From positions 2,666,001 through 2,730,000 of the forward strand of contig NC_043016.1 in NCBI RefSeq assembly GCF_006345805.1: a DNA stretch of 64,000 nt, written 5' to 3'. The notes below the pieces were generated by a model, which saw nothing but the letters and a program-made list of their open reading frames with translations, did no database searches and was not told the DNA's origin. Position 1 is the first letter of the stretch; every line of letters begins with the position of its first letter. The translations under genes and the position numbers were made by a program. The stretch comes from Octopus sinensis (Eukaryota). Shown here piece by piece: positions 53,468-64,000 of the stretch.

Positions 53468-53861
53468 ACTCCTTTTTACTGGAGACACAAGGCCTCAAAT
53501 TTGGTGGGAGTGGTGTCGATTACAATGACCCAGTGCGTAATTGGTGTTTAATTGGTGTTTTATTTCTATTCCTGAGCGCCATACTAATACAATTGTTTGT
53601 TTGTACTCCACCTGCCTTCGTCTTTTGTTTATTTTCATAAAGCTTCCCGTTATGTATGTATGTACGTATGAATATGTGCAGATTTCTATGTTTTGTTTTA
53701 TGTATGTATTCTCATGCATATAGTTGGATATCTAGACATGCTCATATATATTTAAATGATACACTTCTGGAAGGTTTATATATTTTTACAGTTCCAGTTA
53801 CGGATTGGATCTGTAGTCTTCGAAATCGCTTTCTCATTTCTAGTTTTGAGAAGCCTAATTT

Positions 53862-54240
53862 CTCAGGATTGGCATTTAGGCAGATTGTCATACATCTCAG
53901 GGCGCCAATAATTAAAAGTATAAACAGTGACGTCACTGTTTATATGGAAATTATGTGTGCTTGTTAGTATTTTTCGGGTTTTCACATCAATGGCTCTGGT
54001 ATCATCAAGCGTCCAATCGAGCAGCCCAAATGTTGGTATGAGTACTGACACTGCAAGCACATTGCAGGTCACTGTTTTATTGAATGCAGGGAGTTCTGAG
54101 TTCCAATTTTTTTTTTATTTGACTGTAATATTCTTTGTTGTTTCGTGATGCGTGTTTTGTTCACCCGCCCCCAGATACCTGTAACATTCTTCGTCAGATA
54201 TTGGGGAAACAGTCAAATCATTGGTGGAGATGTTGCAATT
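53862..54240 (-). mobile_element. R4/Dong RT fragment, same family as 24687-24950
   Basis: LIPTFGLLDWTLDDTRAIDVKTRKILTSTHNFHINSDV. Confidence 0.8.
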
Positions 54241-54475
54241 GTGGTTTATAGTTTTTCCCCATTGCATGTATGTATGTTTGTATGTTTGTTTGTATGTTTG
54301 TTTGTATGTTTATGTGTATGTACGTATGCATATATGCATGTATGTATGTATGTATTTATGTATGTATGTATGTATATACACATGTATGCAATGCATGCAT
54401 GCGTGCATGTATCTATCCATCTATTTACCTACCTATCTATCTCTCTCTATCTACCTCTCTCTCTCTCTCTCTATC

Positions 54476-55000
<525 letters not shown>

Positions 55001-55045
55001 ATATATATAACAAATTAAAGATAATGATCATTACATATTCTTCCC

Positions 55046-55227
55046 TTATGGGAACAAATTTGGCTTACAGCTGTTTCCAGTAGTCCTTATAGGTACATTA
55101 CTGATAGGTTTACTCAATTGGTCTCTTGATCAATTGAGGTAAATTGAAAGACCGAAGAAAATTAATGCTTCTTTCATCAGATCCATTTTCTGGTTATAAT
55201 ATCTGTAACCCAAATTTGCTCCAATAA
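55046..55227. mobile_element. Small MITE-like element
   Basis: Imperfect 25-bp inverted ends TTATGGGAACAAATTTGGCTTACAG / CTGTAACCCAAATTTGCTCCAATAA. Confidence 0.55.
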
Positions 55228-56547
55228 AAGAAAAATAAGTGATGACCGTTATTTTACATTTTCTTGTATAGCACTCCGTGTAAAAACCAGTTTGTCTGGA
55301 CCCCATCCATGGATTTACAATATAGAATTGTGATGAACCATACCATTGGACCCTTCCATAAGAATACTAATCTAAGTAATATTGTTAGCTTGAAGTGCCA
55401 AGAGAGACCCTATGAATTATTTTGTTCGGATTGATAATTCCTCGCTATTAGTTCTCTCTCTCTCTCTTTCTATATATAAGTATGTATGTATGTATGTATG
55501 TATGTATGTATGTTTGTGTATATGTGTTTGTCCGTCTTGTATTGGTCAGCCTGTCTATCGATCGGTGTATTTGAGCGTCTGTCTTCATGGCCGCTCGTTT
55601 TTGGATATATCTCTGTGTCTTCACTCAGATCGATCGATTTATGTATCCAAGGAGCATAGATATGCAGGTTATGTATAAAAAAACCAGGCCACATTAAAAG
55701 AAAAATTCATTATTGGTTAAGGAAAGTACTGGCATGATTTTCGTATTTTTTCATGTAGCTGCATATATACAGAATACTGCTCTGATCTGTGGACAAAAAT
55801 GTTCCATTCATATGTATGTCATCTTTTATCAGAAAGTATGCTATGTATTAACTTAGTGCTCTCTTCTTTTCTAGTGATGTACGATACCAATTGAGGAATA
55901 TTTGACTGCTATTTCAAGTAGAATTATCAATGATGACACATTATTTAATTTAGTACTTTTCCATTTGTTAAACTTTCCAAGCCTAGACGCTTACCCCTAC
56001 TATCGACCCACACATACAAATGCACAGGGACACATAGCAACGAAAATCGAATCATAAAAGAATTACAGAATTAGAGTTTTCATTCTTCCTAAATTCTCTA
56101 TAATTTTCAAGGGTATAGTTTGTTTTATAAATCAGATATACGAGTATATACACGCATATAACAGACACAGATAGAAACACACGTATATGAGAATGTATAA
56201 AAAAGAAATGAATATGAAAATAATAAATGAAATCTAAGTACGCGAACTTATTAATACATAAGGATCAAAAGTTGCACTTATAAAAATTGCATTTATTTCT
56301 AGCAGACGTGGTCCTCTTGTAATATAATCGGACATGAATTACGATAATCCATCTCGCACACTTCTGTATTAACTTGTTAATCTCGTAGTAAGGTATGCTC
56401 ACGTAGCGCTGCTTAAATATATACATAGACATCAATACATACATATGTAGTTGCTCCCCAACTACATAGTTCCGAGTTCAGTCCTACTGTGTGACACCTG
56501 GGGTTCGGTAGACAGCAACTGAAAGCCACCCACTGTGTGTGTATATA

Positions 56548-56872
56548 TAGGGTAAAGACCCCCTTCGGTCATGAATGACCATGGGATTGCACCTAGAAAG
56601 TTACCCTCCAAGACACAAGTCCGGGCAAGGTTGTTTTATGGAAGACCAGCAGTCGCCCATGCATACCAGCCTCCCCTCTCCACGCCACCAGTGTTATCCA
56701 AGGGAAAGACAAAGGTCGATACAGCTTGGCACCAGTGACGCCGCAACTCATTTTACAGCTGAGTGAACTGGAGCAACGTGAAATAAAGTGCCTTGCTCGA
56801 GAACACAACACGCAGCCCTGTCCGGGATTCGAGCTCACAACCTCACGATCGTAAGCTCGACGCCTCTAACCA
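56548..56872 (-). mobile_element. tRNA-derived SINE of a third family
   Basis: A-box-like TGGTTAGA, B-box-like GCTCGAATCC, then GTGTTGTGTTCTCGAGCAAGGCACTTTAT central domain. Confidence 0.75.
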
Positions 56873-57879
56873 TTATATATATATAATATATATATATAAT
56901 ATATATATTATATATATATATTATGTGTGTGTGTGTGTGTATTAATGATTTATATTTGCGTATAAATATTTACCTTATGTATTTAGACACTGTCCTTTGA
57001 TTTAACGTTTTCTTTATTTCATAATAAGATGATTTTATACTGAATTTTGGTAATTGCTTGCTGTTAGTTGAAAGGACCAATGAAACAAGACCATTTTCAA
57101 ATGTGTATCCATTAAATTAATTGTATAGGTTTGCTTATAACCTTATTTCTGTTCCATTCTAAACAAAACTGTCCGACGAACGGGAACGTGAAACGCTGAG
57201 TAACAGTTTTTTTTTCATATTTGAGTTGCTTTTCAATCGAGTATATATATATATTTGAATTATATATATATATATATATATATAATTCAAATTTATAGAT
57301 AAAACAAGATGAAGACAGGTGTAGGGACAACAAGCATGTGTATCAGTTTGACGTTCGGGAAAAAGGGAAAACTATTTTACATTTCGAGCCTACGCTAACT
57401 CTGAAATGTTCTAGTGGATATGCCAAGAAGTACAGCATGTTGTTTCCAAATTTTGGCTGAGTGAATTGCATCGTGGTGCTGTTTTCTCACAGACGGTGTC
57501 CAGCTGACCCTACTACACTGTGTAGTCGGCAAAATCAAAAACAAACAATGCGCATAGATTATAAGAAATACTATTAAATGGATTAATTAGCTCTAGCATG
57601 AAGAAATGAAAAGTAGTTCTCTGCCCAGGTGACACAGACTTAGAGAAAATTAACATCAAGAAGAATTGCCGAGAGATACTGGTTTATACCCTTTAATATT
57701 TGTATTTTGCTTAATCTCCCCTCAGTTTAGTATTAAGAAAAGCAAAGGCAGGGTATCAGTTTAGAGATAGTTAAAGAAAAATTAAACATTTGTTCTACCT
57801 GAATGTTCTAACGCTTTTTAGTAAGAACAAAAAATAAATAAACTCCTTAATACAAACTGTAATACTCTTCATCAAAGAA

Positions 57880-58760
57880 TATGCTAATGGAATTTGGTAT
57901 CGAAAAGTGCGCAGTATTAGCCATAAAAAAGAGACAGGTAGTCAACAGTGAAGGTATCCAGTTACTAGATGGTCAGATATAAAGATCACTGCAAGAAGGA
58001 GAGAGGTATAAGCGTTATAACCATCTGACAGAACACTAACCATAGAGATGAAAGCGGAAATTGAGATGGTGTACATCAGAAGGGCGTGGAAGCTAATGAA
58101 GTCAAATCTAAGTGATCCAAATAAGAGGCTGTAAATACTTGGGAAGTATCATTACTTATTGCTCAGCAGCTTTTATTGATTGGTCAAAATCTGAAATAAC
58201 TAATCTAGGCGAAAAAACTAGGAAGGAATTCTATATGAATGAAGGACCTCATTCTGGAGCAGGAGTAGCAAGATTATACTCACCTAGAAAAGAAGGTGGT
58301 TGAGGGTTAATATCAGTAGTTGACTGCGTGGAGTTAGCTGGAGTAGATACAAACTCCTATGCAGTTGATAGGGGAAAATGTTTATTAACATTCCCAAAGA
58401 TAGTTACAGGAAATCGTGAGATGGTTATGTTTGCAGAAAGGAAGGCGGAATAAGGAGACAGACAGTTTGATAGTAGCAGCATAAGAGGACTAGTTTGATA
58501 AAATGCAAGATAAACAAAACCTAGGTAGATTGTCAAAGTAGGTTATGTAAATCAAAAGAGGTAAGTTTTACTCTATAGTAAGCGAATGTAGCATACTGGC
58601 ACATGGCAATCTGGGGAAAATAATCCACTGGGAATTATGAAGAAAGCTAGAATTTGACCACAATGATAAATGAACATGAAGCTACTAAAGTGCTAGTAAA
58701 TAAGAAATATAATAGGTTGTGGGGTTTTAACAATCAGACTAAAGGTCTGATTTAATAGTA
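57880..58760 (+). mobile_element. Highly degenerate R4/Dong fragment
   Basis: CKYLG, GVARLYSPRKEGG*GLISV, IIHWEL remnants. Confidence 0.65.
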
Positions 58761-58789
58761 ATAGAAAAAATAGGGTCGAAAGTACCAAG

Positions 58790-60960
58790 TAACTGATTTT
58801 ACATTCCAAAATGATGAGGAAGTCCATATAAGAGGTATAGAGAAAATAGCAATATAGAAAATAGTGGGACGAAGTAGGAGAGAGGGGGAGAGAGGCAAGT
58901 GGAGGAGGTAATATGAAGAGGGGAGGAGAGTTGAAACCCAAATGGCGTAAAGGAGCGAATAGAGAAGATTAATCCCTGTTCACGGTGCAAACGGGAGTCA
59001 GGATGGCCTCTGTGCAAGGACAATCCGAACACGGACAGGTGTTGCAAAGAGCGGAAATGGCGTGAGACCGGGGTGTCATTGCCGAGGTGGATGTGTCGGA
59101 GGTGTTCCGCGAACCAGTTAGCCAAGCGACATCCCGTTTGTCCGATGTACAGAGAATGGCAGAGAGAGCAGGAAAAGCAATAGATGATATTGCTGGAGGT
59201 GCAGGTGAAGGAGTCGGTGATACGATATGATCGATGATGGGTGCCTGTGAGGAGGGTGGTGTTGGAGAAGTAAGGGCAAGTGCAGCATCATGGGCGGCAG
59301 CAGGGGAACGAACCAGGTTGGGAGGTGGTGTTGGGGAAGAAGCTGTGGACCAAGAGGTATGTTGTGGGCTCGTTTGAAGGAAGGGAGGGTCGGTTAGGGA
59401 AGATGTGTGAAGTGTACGGGTCGGACTGGAGATGCTGGAAAGCTCGGAGAATGGTGCGTTAGAGAGGTAGGGTGGTGGGGTGGTAAGTGAGAGGAAAAGG
59501 GAGGTGGGGGACATCAGGGCGGGTTCGGGGGGAGAGAGCAGATGCACGGTCCACGGAACGTGCTCTGGCAAGGGCGGTGTGGATAGTGGTGAGGGGATAT
59601 CCACGTAGGATGAAGTGGCGAGCCATGAGTTGAGACTGAGTCTCAAAGTCATGGCCATCACTACAGAGCCTGCGTAGGCGGAGGAATTGGGAATAGGGGA
59701 TGGAAAGCTGGGTGTGTTTGGGATGGGAGAAGGAGAAGTTGAGGTATGAGTGTGAGTCTGTGAGTTTGTAGTGGAAGGAGGTGGTAAGAGTGGAGTGATG
59801 AATGCTGACCAAAATGTCAAGAAAGCAGTCAGAGGTGTCAGAGATAGTGCAGGTGAAGTGGAAGGCAGGATGGAAAGATTTGACGAAAGAGAGGAAGGAA
59901 TCTAGATGTTCGCGGGAGAGGGAGGTGGCACCGATATAGTCGTCAATATAACGGCCATATAGTTCGGGAGTGGCACCAGTGAAACTAAAGAATATTTGGG
60001 CCTCAACATAGCCAACAAACAGGTTGGCATAGTTGGGGCCATTCTCGTTCCCATGGCCACTCCCTAGAATTGCTTGTAGAAATCGCCCGCGAACGAGAAG
60101 CAGTTGAATGAGAGGACAAGCTCGGCCAGACGAACGAGTGTGGAGGTATCGGGTTGGGGATTGGGTCGGAGGTCCAGGAAGTGTTCAGTGCACCAGCCCG
60201 TCGTGGTGAGGGATCACCGTGTAGAGGCTCTGGATGTCCAGAGTGAAGAGAATTTTAGAGGGGCCAGGAGGAAAGGAGAAAGAGTTGAATAGACGAAGAG
60301 CATGGTTGGTGTCATGGATGTGAGAAGGGAGAGAAGCCACAAGGGGTGCAAGGACATGGTCGAGATATTTGGAGATAAGCTTGGTGGGGCAGTTACAGGC
60401 GTACACGATGAGGCGGCCAGGGTTGTTGGGTTTGTGGATTTGGGGTAGGAAGTAAATGGTTGGGGTGCGGGGGTTCGGACAATGATGTTGGAGGCGGTGT
60501 GGGAGAGACGGGAGGACGAGATTAGGTCATGGATGATAGAGGAGACTGTCTGCTGGTAGCTGGGCGTGGAGTCAGAGGGCAGAGGGCAGTAGAAAGAGGT
60601 GGCATAAAGGTAGCGAAGAGCTTAGGCTTTATAGAGGTCTGCGCGCCATACCACCACTGCTCCACCCTTTTCGGCCGGTTTTATAACGACGTCAGTGCGG
60701 CGTCGGAGGGAACGAAGAGCCGAGAGTTCTGCCGGGGAGATGTTGAGACGACAGGGACGCCTGCAGAAGTTGAACCGGTCTACAGCGCGCTGGCAGGCGC
60801 CCGCAAAAAGATCAACTGCTTGGAACTGGCCAGGAGCAGGCGTCCACTGGGATGGTCGGCGGCCAAGGTCAGTGAAGCAGTCATCGGTCAATTAGGAAAA
60901 GATTTGAACAGACGTGTAGGCGAAATAGACATAACTACAGTAAACAGTGTTAATAAAAAC
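58790..60960 (-). mobile_element. GC-rich Penelope-like element (RT plus GIY-YIG), truncated and frameshifted
   Basis: KPAEKGGAVVVW, VAMGTRMAP, RYIDDYI, FLDILVS, NIIYCFSCSLCHSLYIGQTG..AEH. Confidence 0.9.
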
Positions 60961-60989
60961 AAGTAGGATACTTAGGATGATTCTTGGTT

Positions 60990-61470
60990 TTTGAGGTCAC
61001 TTATTCTGACCCGATTATTTTTTGAGGTTATTTATTGTGGCTCGATGTTTTTCCAACAATTTAATCTTGAAATTATATGATGTGTAACCCAATGTCTGCA
61101 ACTACAACACCCTTAAAATATGGCCACATAACTCCCCAGATTGCAACTCACTTGATTATTATGTGTTGGGCGCAGCTGAGCAAGAGACCAATAAAATTCC
61201 TTGTAACAGCAATTATGACCTGAAGGCAAGGATTATGGCTGCATTCACCAATTTAAACAAGGATACCGTCGAGAAGAGATGCAGGAGATTCTAACGTCGT
61301 CTAGAGACCGTGGTTGAATCCAATGGCGATTTTATTGAATAAATTTACGCTTAAATATTTCAAGATATTTTTATGTAATTTTGGTAAATGTATCTGTGAA
61401 AATGAGATGTCAGAGTTATTTTCATTTTTGCATAATTTAGACAATTTATTCACTGTACCCAGTATATAGT
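60990..61470 (+). mobile_element. Tc1/mariner transposase C-terminal remnant
   Basis: WPHNSPDCNSLDYYVLG...RRLETVVESNGDFIE. Confidence 0.75.
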
Positions 61471-61816
61471 TGCACACACGCACACACACTCGCGCGCGCA
61501 CATGCATTCTCTCTCTCACACACACACACACATATACACACACACAGAGAACGAGGTTGTTTTGGTGAAGCATTGTGTGGTATAACTTTTAAAAAAAGGT
61601 TGTTTAAGTCAGAGAAATGTAAGAAGTTACGAAGTAAACTACAAAAGGAAAAGAAAGCAGTACAAAGTAGTAGTTTTACTTTGTGTTTCTATATATTTCG
61701 GGTTGAAAACCCCTTCTTCAGGACATTCAGAAAAAGCGCAGTAGTTGGGAAAATTAGTAGCTCACATGTATAATGACTTTTCGGAACAATAACTTTTCCC
61801 AAGTACCGCTTTTTCT

Positions 61817-62295
61817 ATATATGATGGCTGCAAACTCATGTTCGAGTATTGTCATTACCTGCGAAAGCTACGACCAGCCCTTTTTAGGGTAAGTCTTACC
61901 TTTTTTCAAGTGATACCTGTGCATGATGATTTTTTGTAGTGGGGGAAAGGATTTTCACTTATCCAGTCCCACTCTCTGAACACGGACAGCATAAACTAGT
62001 CTACATAATCGAATATGGTCAGTGTTGCACGTTCTCTCTCAAAGTTTCCCTCTCCTAGGGAGATGTTGTGATAACAACAGAGGGGCCGCCCTCTCACAGT
62101 GAGATAACCGCGCATCTGGACACCAAACCAGGTATTTCCACGTCCCTGCATATACATAGATGCATACGTACACATATAAATCTATTGTTGGATGGTCGTT
62201 GACTGCTCATGAGCTTCTTTGCTCTTTTCATCCTGCAGGGTGTAGCCATTTTACTCACCGTGACCCGACCATGTAGTCGTGTCAGGTCCTATACT
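61817..62295 (-). mobile_element. Second copy of the non-autonomous RTE-related element
   Basis: TACATGGTCGGGTC..CACCCTGCAG..GTCAACG.CCATCCAAC head; body and GCAGCCATCAT end are shared with 32260-32810. Confidence 0.6.
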
Positions 62296-63390
62296 AATCA
62301 ACATAGGAATTGATGAAAATATATTTTATTGGACCTGAATCTTCCCGAGTGCTACTTAAGTTTCGCATTTACGATTCTGTACATACACACACATACACAC
62401 ATATGCAATCATATATATACATATCTATTTTATGTATATATGTATCGAGGTATACTTCCATGTATATATGTATATATGTATATATGTTTGCGGTTTTGTG
62501 CTTTCCTGTGTATGCATCTTGTGTACGTATGTCTCTGTAGTATAAATGTATCTACGTTTGTGCGTTGTCTGTGGCAAATTTGTTTTCAAATGGCAATTTA
62601 AAGAATTCCAGAAAATGATTAGTTATTTGTTCTGCTTGATGCAGTTGCAAGAATCCAATGCAAGAAGATTGCAACGTATATATTTAAGTAAAAATTCTAA
62701 ATCCAGACAGTTGTACACAAATATACTGCTTGACATTTAAGGATGTTGCTTTTTACATCTGGCACCTGTTTCATTTATATCAGACTAATAAATGCCAAAA
62801 ACAACAATAGAAGACTGTATAAGTGGCGGCAAAAAATATTTTCTTTATTTCTCAACTGCACTATTTATCTTCCATTTTATTTTAATTTATTTTTGCTTAT
62901 ATGATGTAGTTATATTATTTTTACGTCATTGCTGTTTTCTAGTATCAGCTGCAACCACGTTCGGATATATTCCTCCGTTACCATAGACACAAGCATCTGG
63001 TGTCTATTAGAGACTGTAGGAGATGACCAGCCTGCTCTTAGGATCTCCGCATATTTTTCTAGAGATTCTTTCGTAGCATGCTACACTCTGCGTAGTAAAT
63101 ATGGCTATGAGTCTATGACATATCAAAATAGACATTATCGTCCTCAACGAAGTGAATATTGATGAATCTATTGAACTTAACAAATCCTAGCAATATACAA
63201 ATTCTGAAACATCGTTACTCCAAAGTGCCTATTACAGATCTTATACAAGCCACAAGTCAGTGTGAGATTTTGGAATTTCCTTCCAAAAGCCGTTCTGTTA
63301 AGGACATCTCACTTGAAAATTGGAGACAATCCTGCATACTATTTCGGTCAGTCAAAATTAGACAAAAGAGCATGAACTTCTTTTGTTGAT

Positions 63391-64000
63391 GTACGAGGTT
63401 TGATCAATAAGTATCAGGACTATTGCCATAGTAACAAAGCTAAAGTAATCCCGCTTGGCACAGATTTACCTTGAACCCTGCTGTGCATGCGTACTAAGTA
63501 TTAACATTTTACCTTACTTCCACTGTTTACAGCAGTGCTTGGAAGGAAGGTGTGTAACGTGTGATCGTTGATTTGACCATGACAGAAAAAGTTGTCATGG
63601 CGATACCAGCTCAGAGGCCAATGCAAAGGTGGAGAAAATGTTTGGAGAGAATTGTATGAGCCGAACACAAGTGTACAAGTGGTTCAGATGTTTTTAGGAT
63701 GGCCGAAAATGTCGATATTGACGAACGTTCTTGGAGACCTGCAACCAGCAGAACTATGAAAAACATTGCAGATGTGCGAGCACCTGTGAGGAGAATTCGT
63801 CGAATCACCATCCGTGAGTTATCAAGGGATGTGCAGATTATTTACGGTTCAATTCAGTCCATTTGGGTATGAGACGCGTGTCTGCCAAGTTTGAGCCAAA
63901 ATTGCTTCCAGCAAACCAAAAGCACTCAGGTTTCAGAACGATGAAAATTATTTAAAAACTTTACATAGGCTTCTGAACAGGTATCGGCAAGATTTTGATG
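63391..64000 (+). mobile_element. Mariner element 5' part (TIR plus frameshifted transposase N-terminus), runs off the window end
   Basis: TACGAGGTTTGATCAATAAGT TIR; MSRTQVYKWF, DERSWRPATS, ITIRELS, SAKFEPKLL. Confidence 0.85.

Noticed and set aside
55130-55195. Minus-strand CTGATGA inside the small MITE
   Set aside because: No GAAA or stem III follows stem II.
58969-59820. 283-aa Pro/Ser-rich ORF and the antisense ORFs over LINEs
   Set aside because: They are alternate frames of transposon coding sequence.

Overview
AT-rich, microsatellite-dense eukaryotic DNA. It is most likely an octopus genome, inferred from tRNA-derived SINEs resembling the octopus OK/OR families. I found no host protein-coding gene that I can support. 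The window is a nested set of transposons: three Tx1/L1-clade LINE lineages, two RTE LINEs, several R4/Dong (restriction-like endonuclease) fragments in (TAA)n arrays, three Penelope-like elements (PLEs), SINEs, mariner/Tc1 remnants and MITEs. The main hidden signal is RNA-level. At least seven unrelated non-coding repeat families each carry a type I hammerhead ribozyme (HHR) motif whose stem III is a short palindrome, the dimer-cleaving type known from PLEs. Two families form ~475-490-bp tandem arrays with no ORF (retrozyme-like or solo pseudo-LTR), four show fold-back inversions, and most are bounded by (TA)n. A full-length Tx1 LINE sits inside one ribozyme repeat with an exact 18-bp target-site duplication, and the empty site is visible in a neighbouring unit. 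An HDV-like ribozyme fold is also proposed at the RTE 5' end. All ribozyme calls are by-eye folds, untested by computation or experiment. Many single-base indels may be long-read assembly errors.
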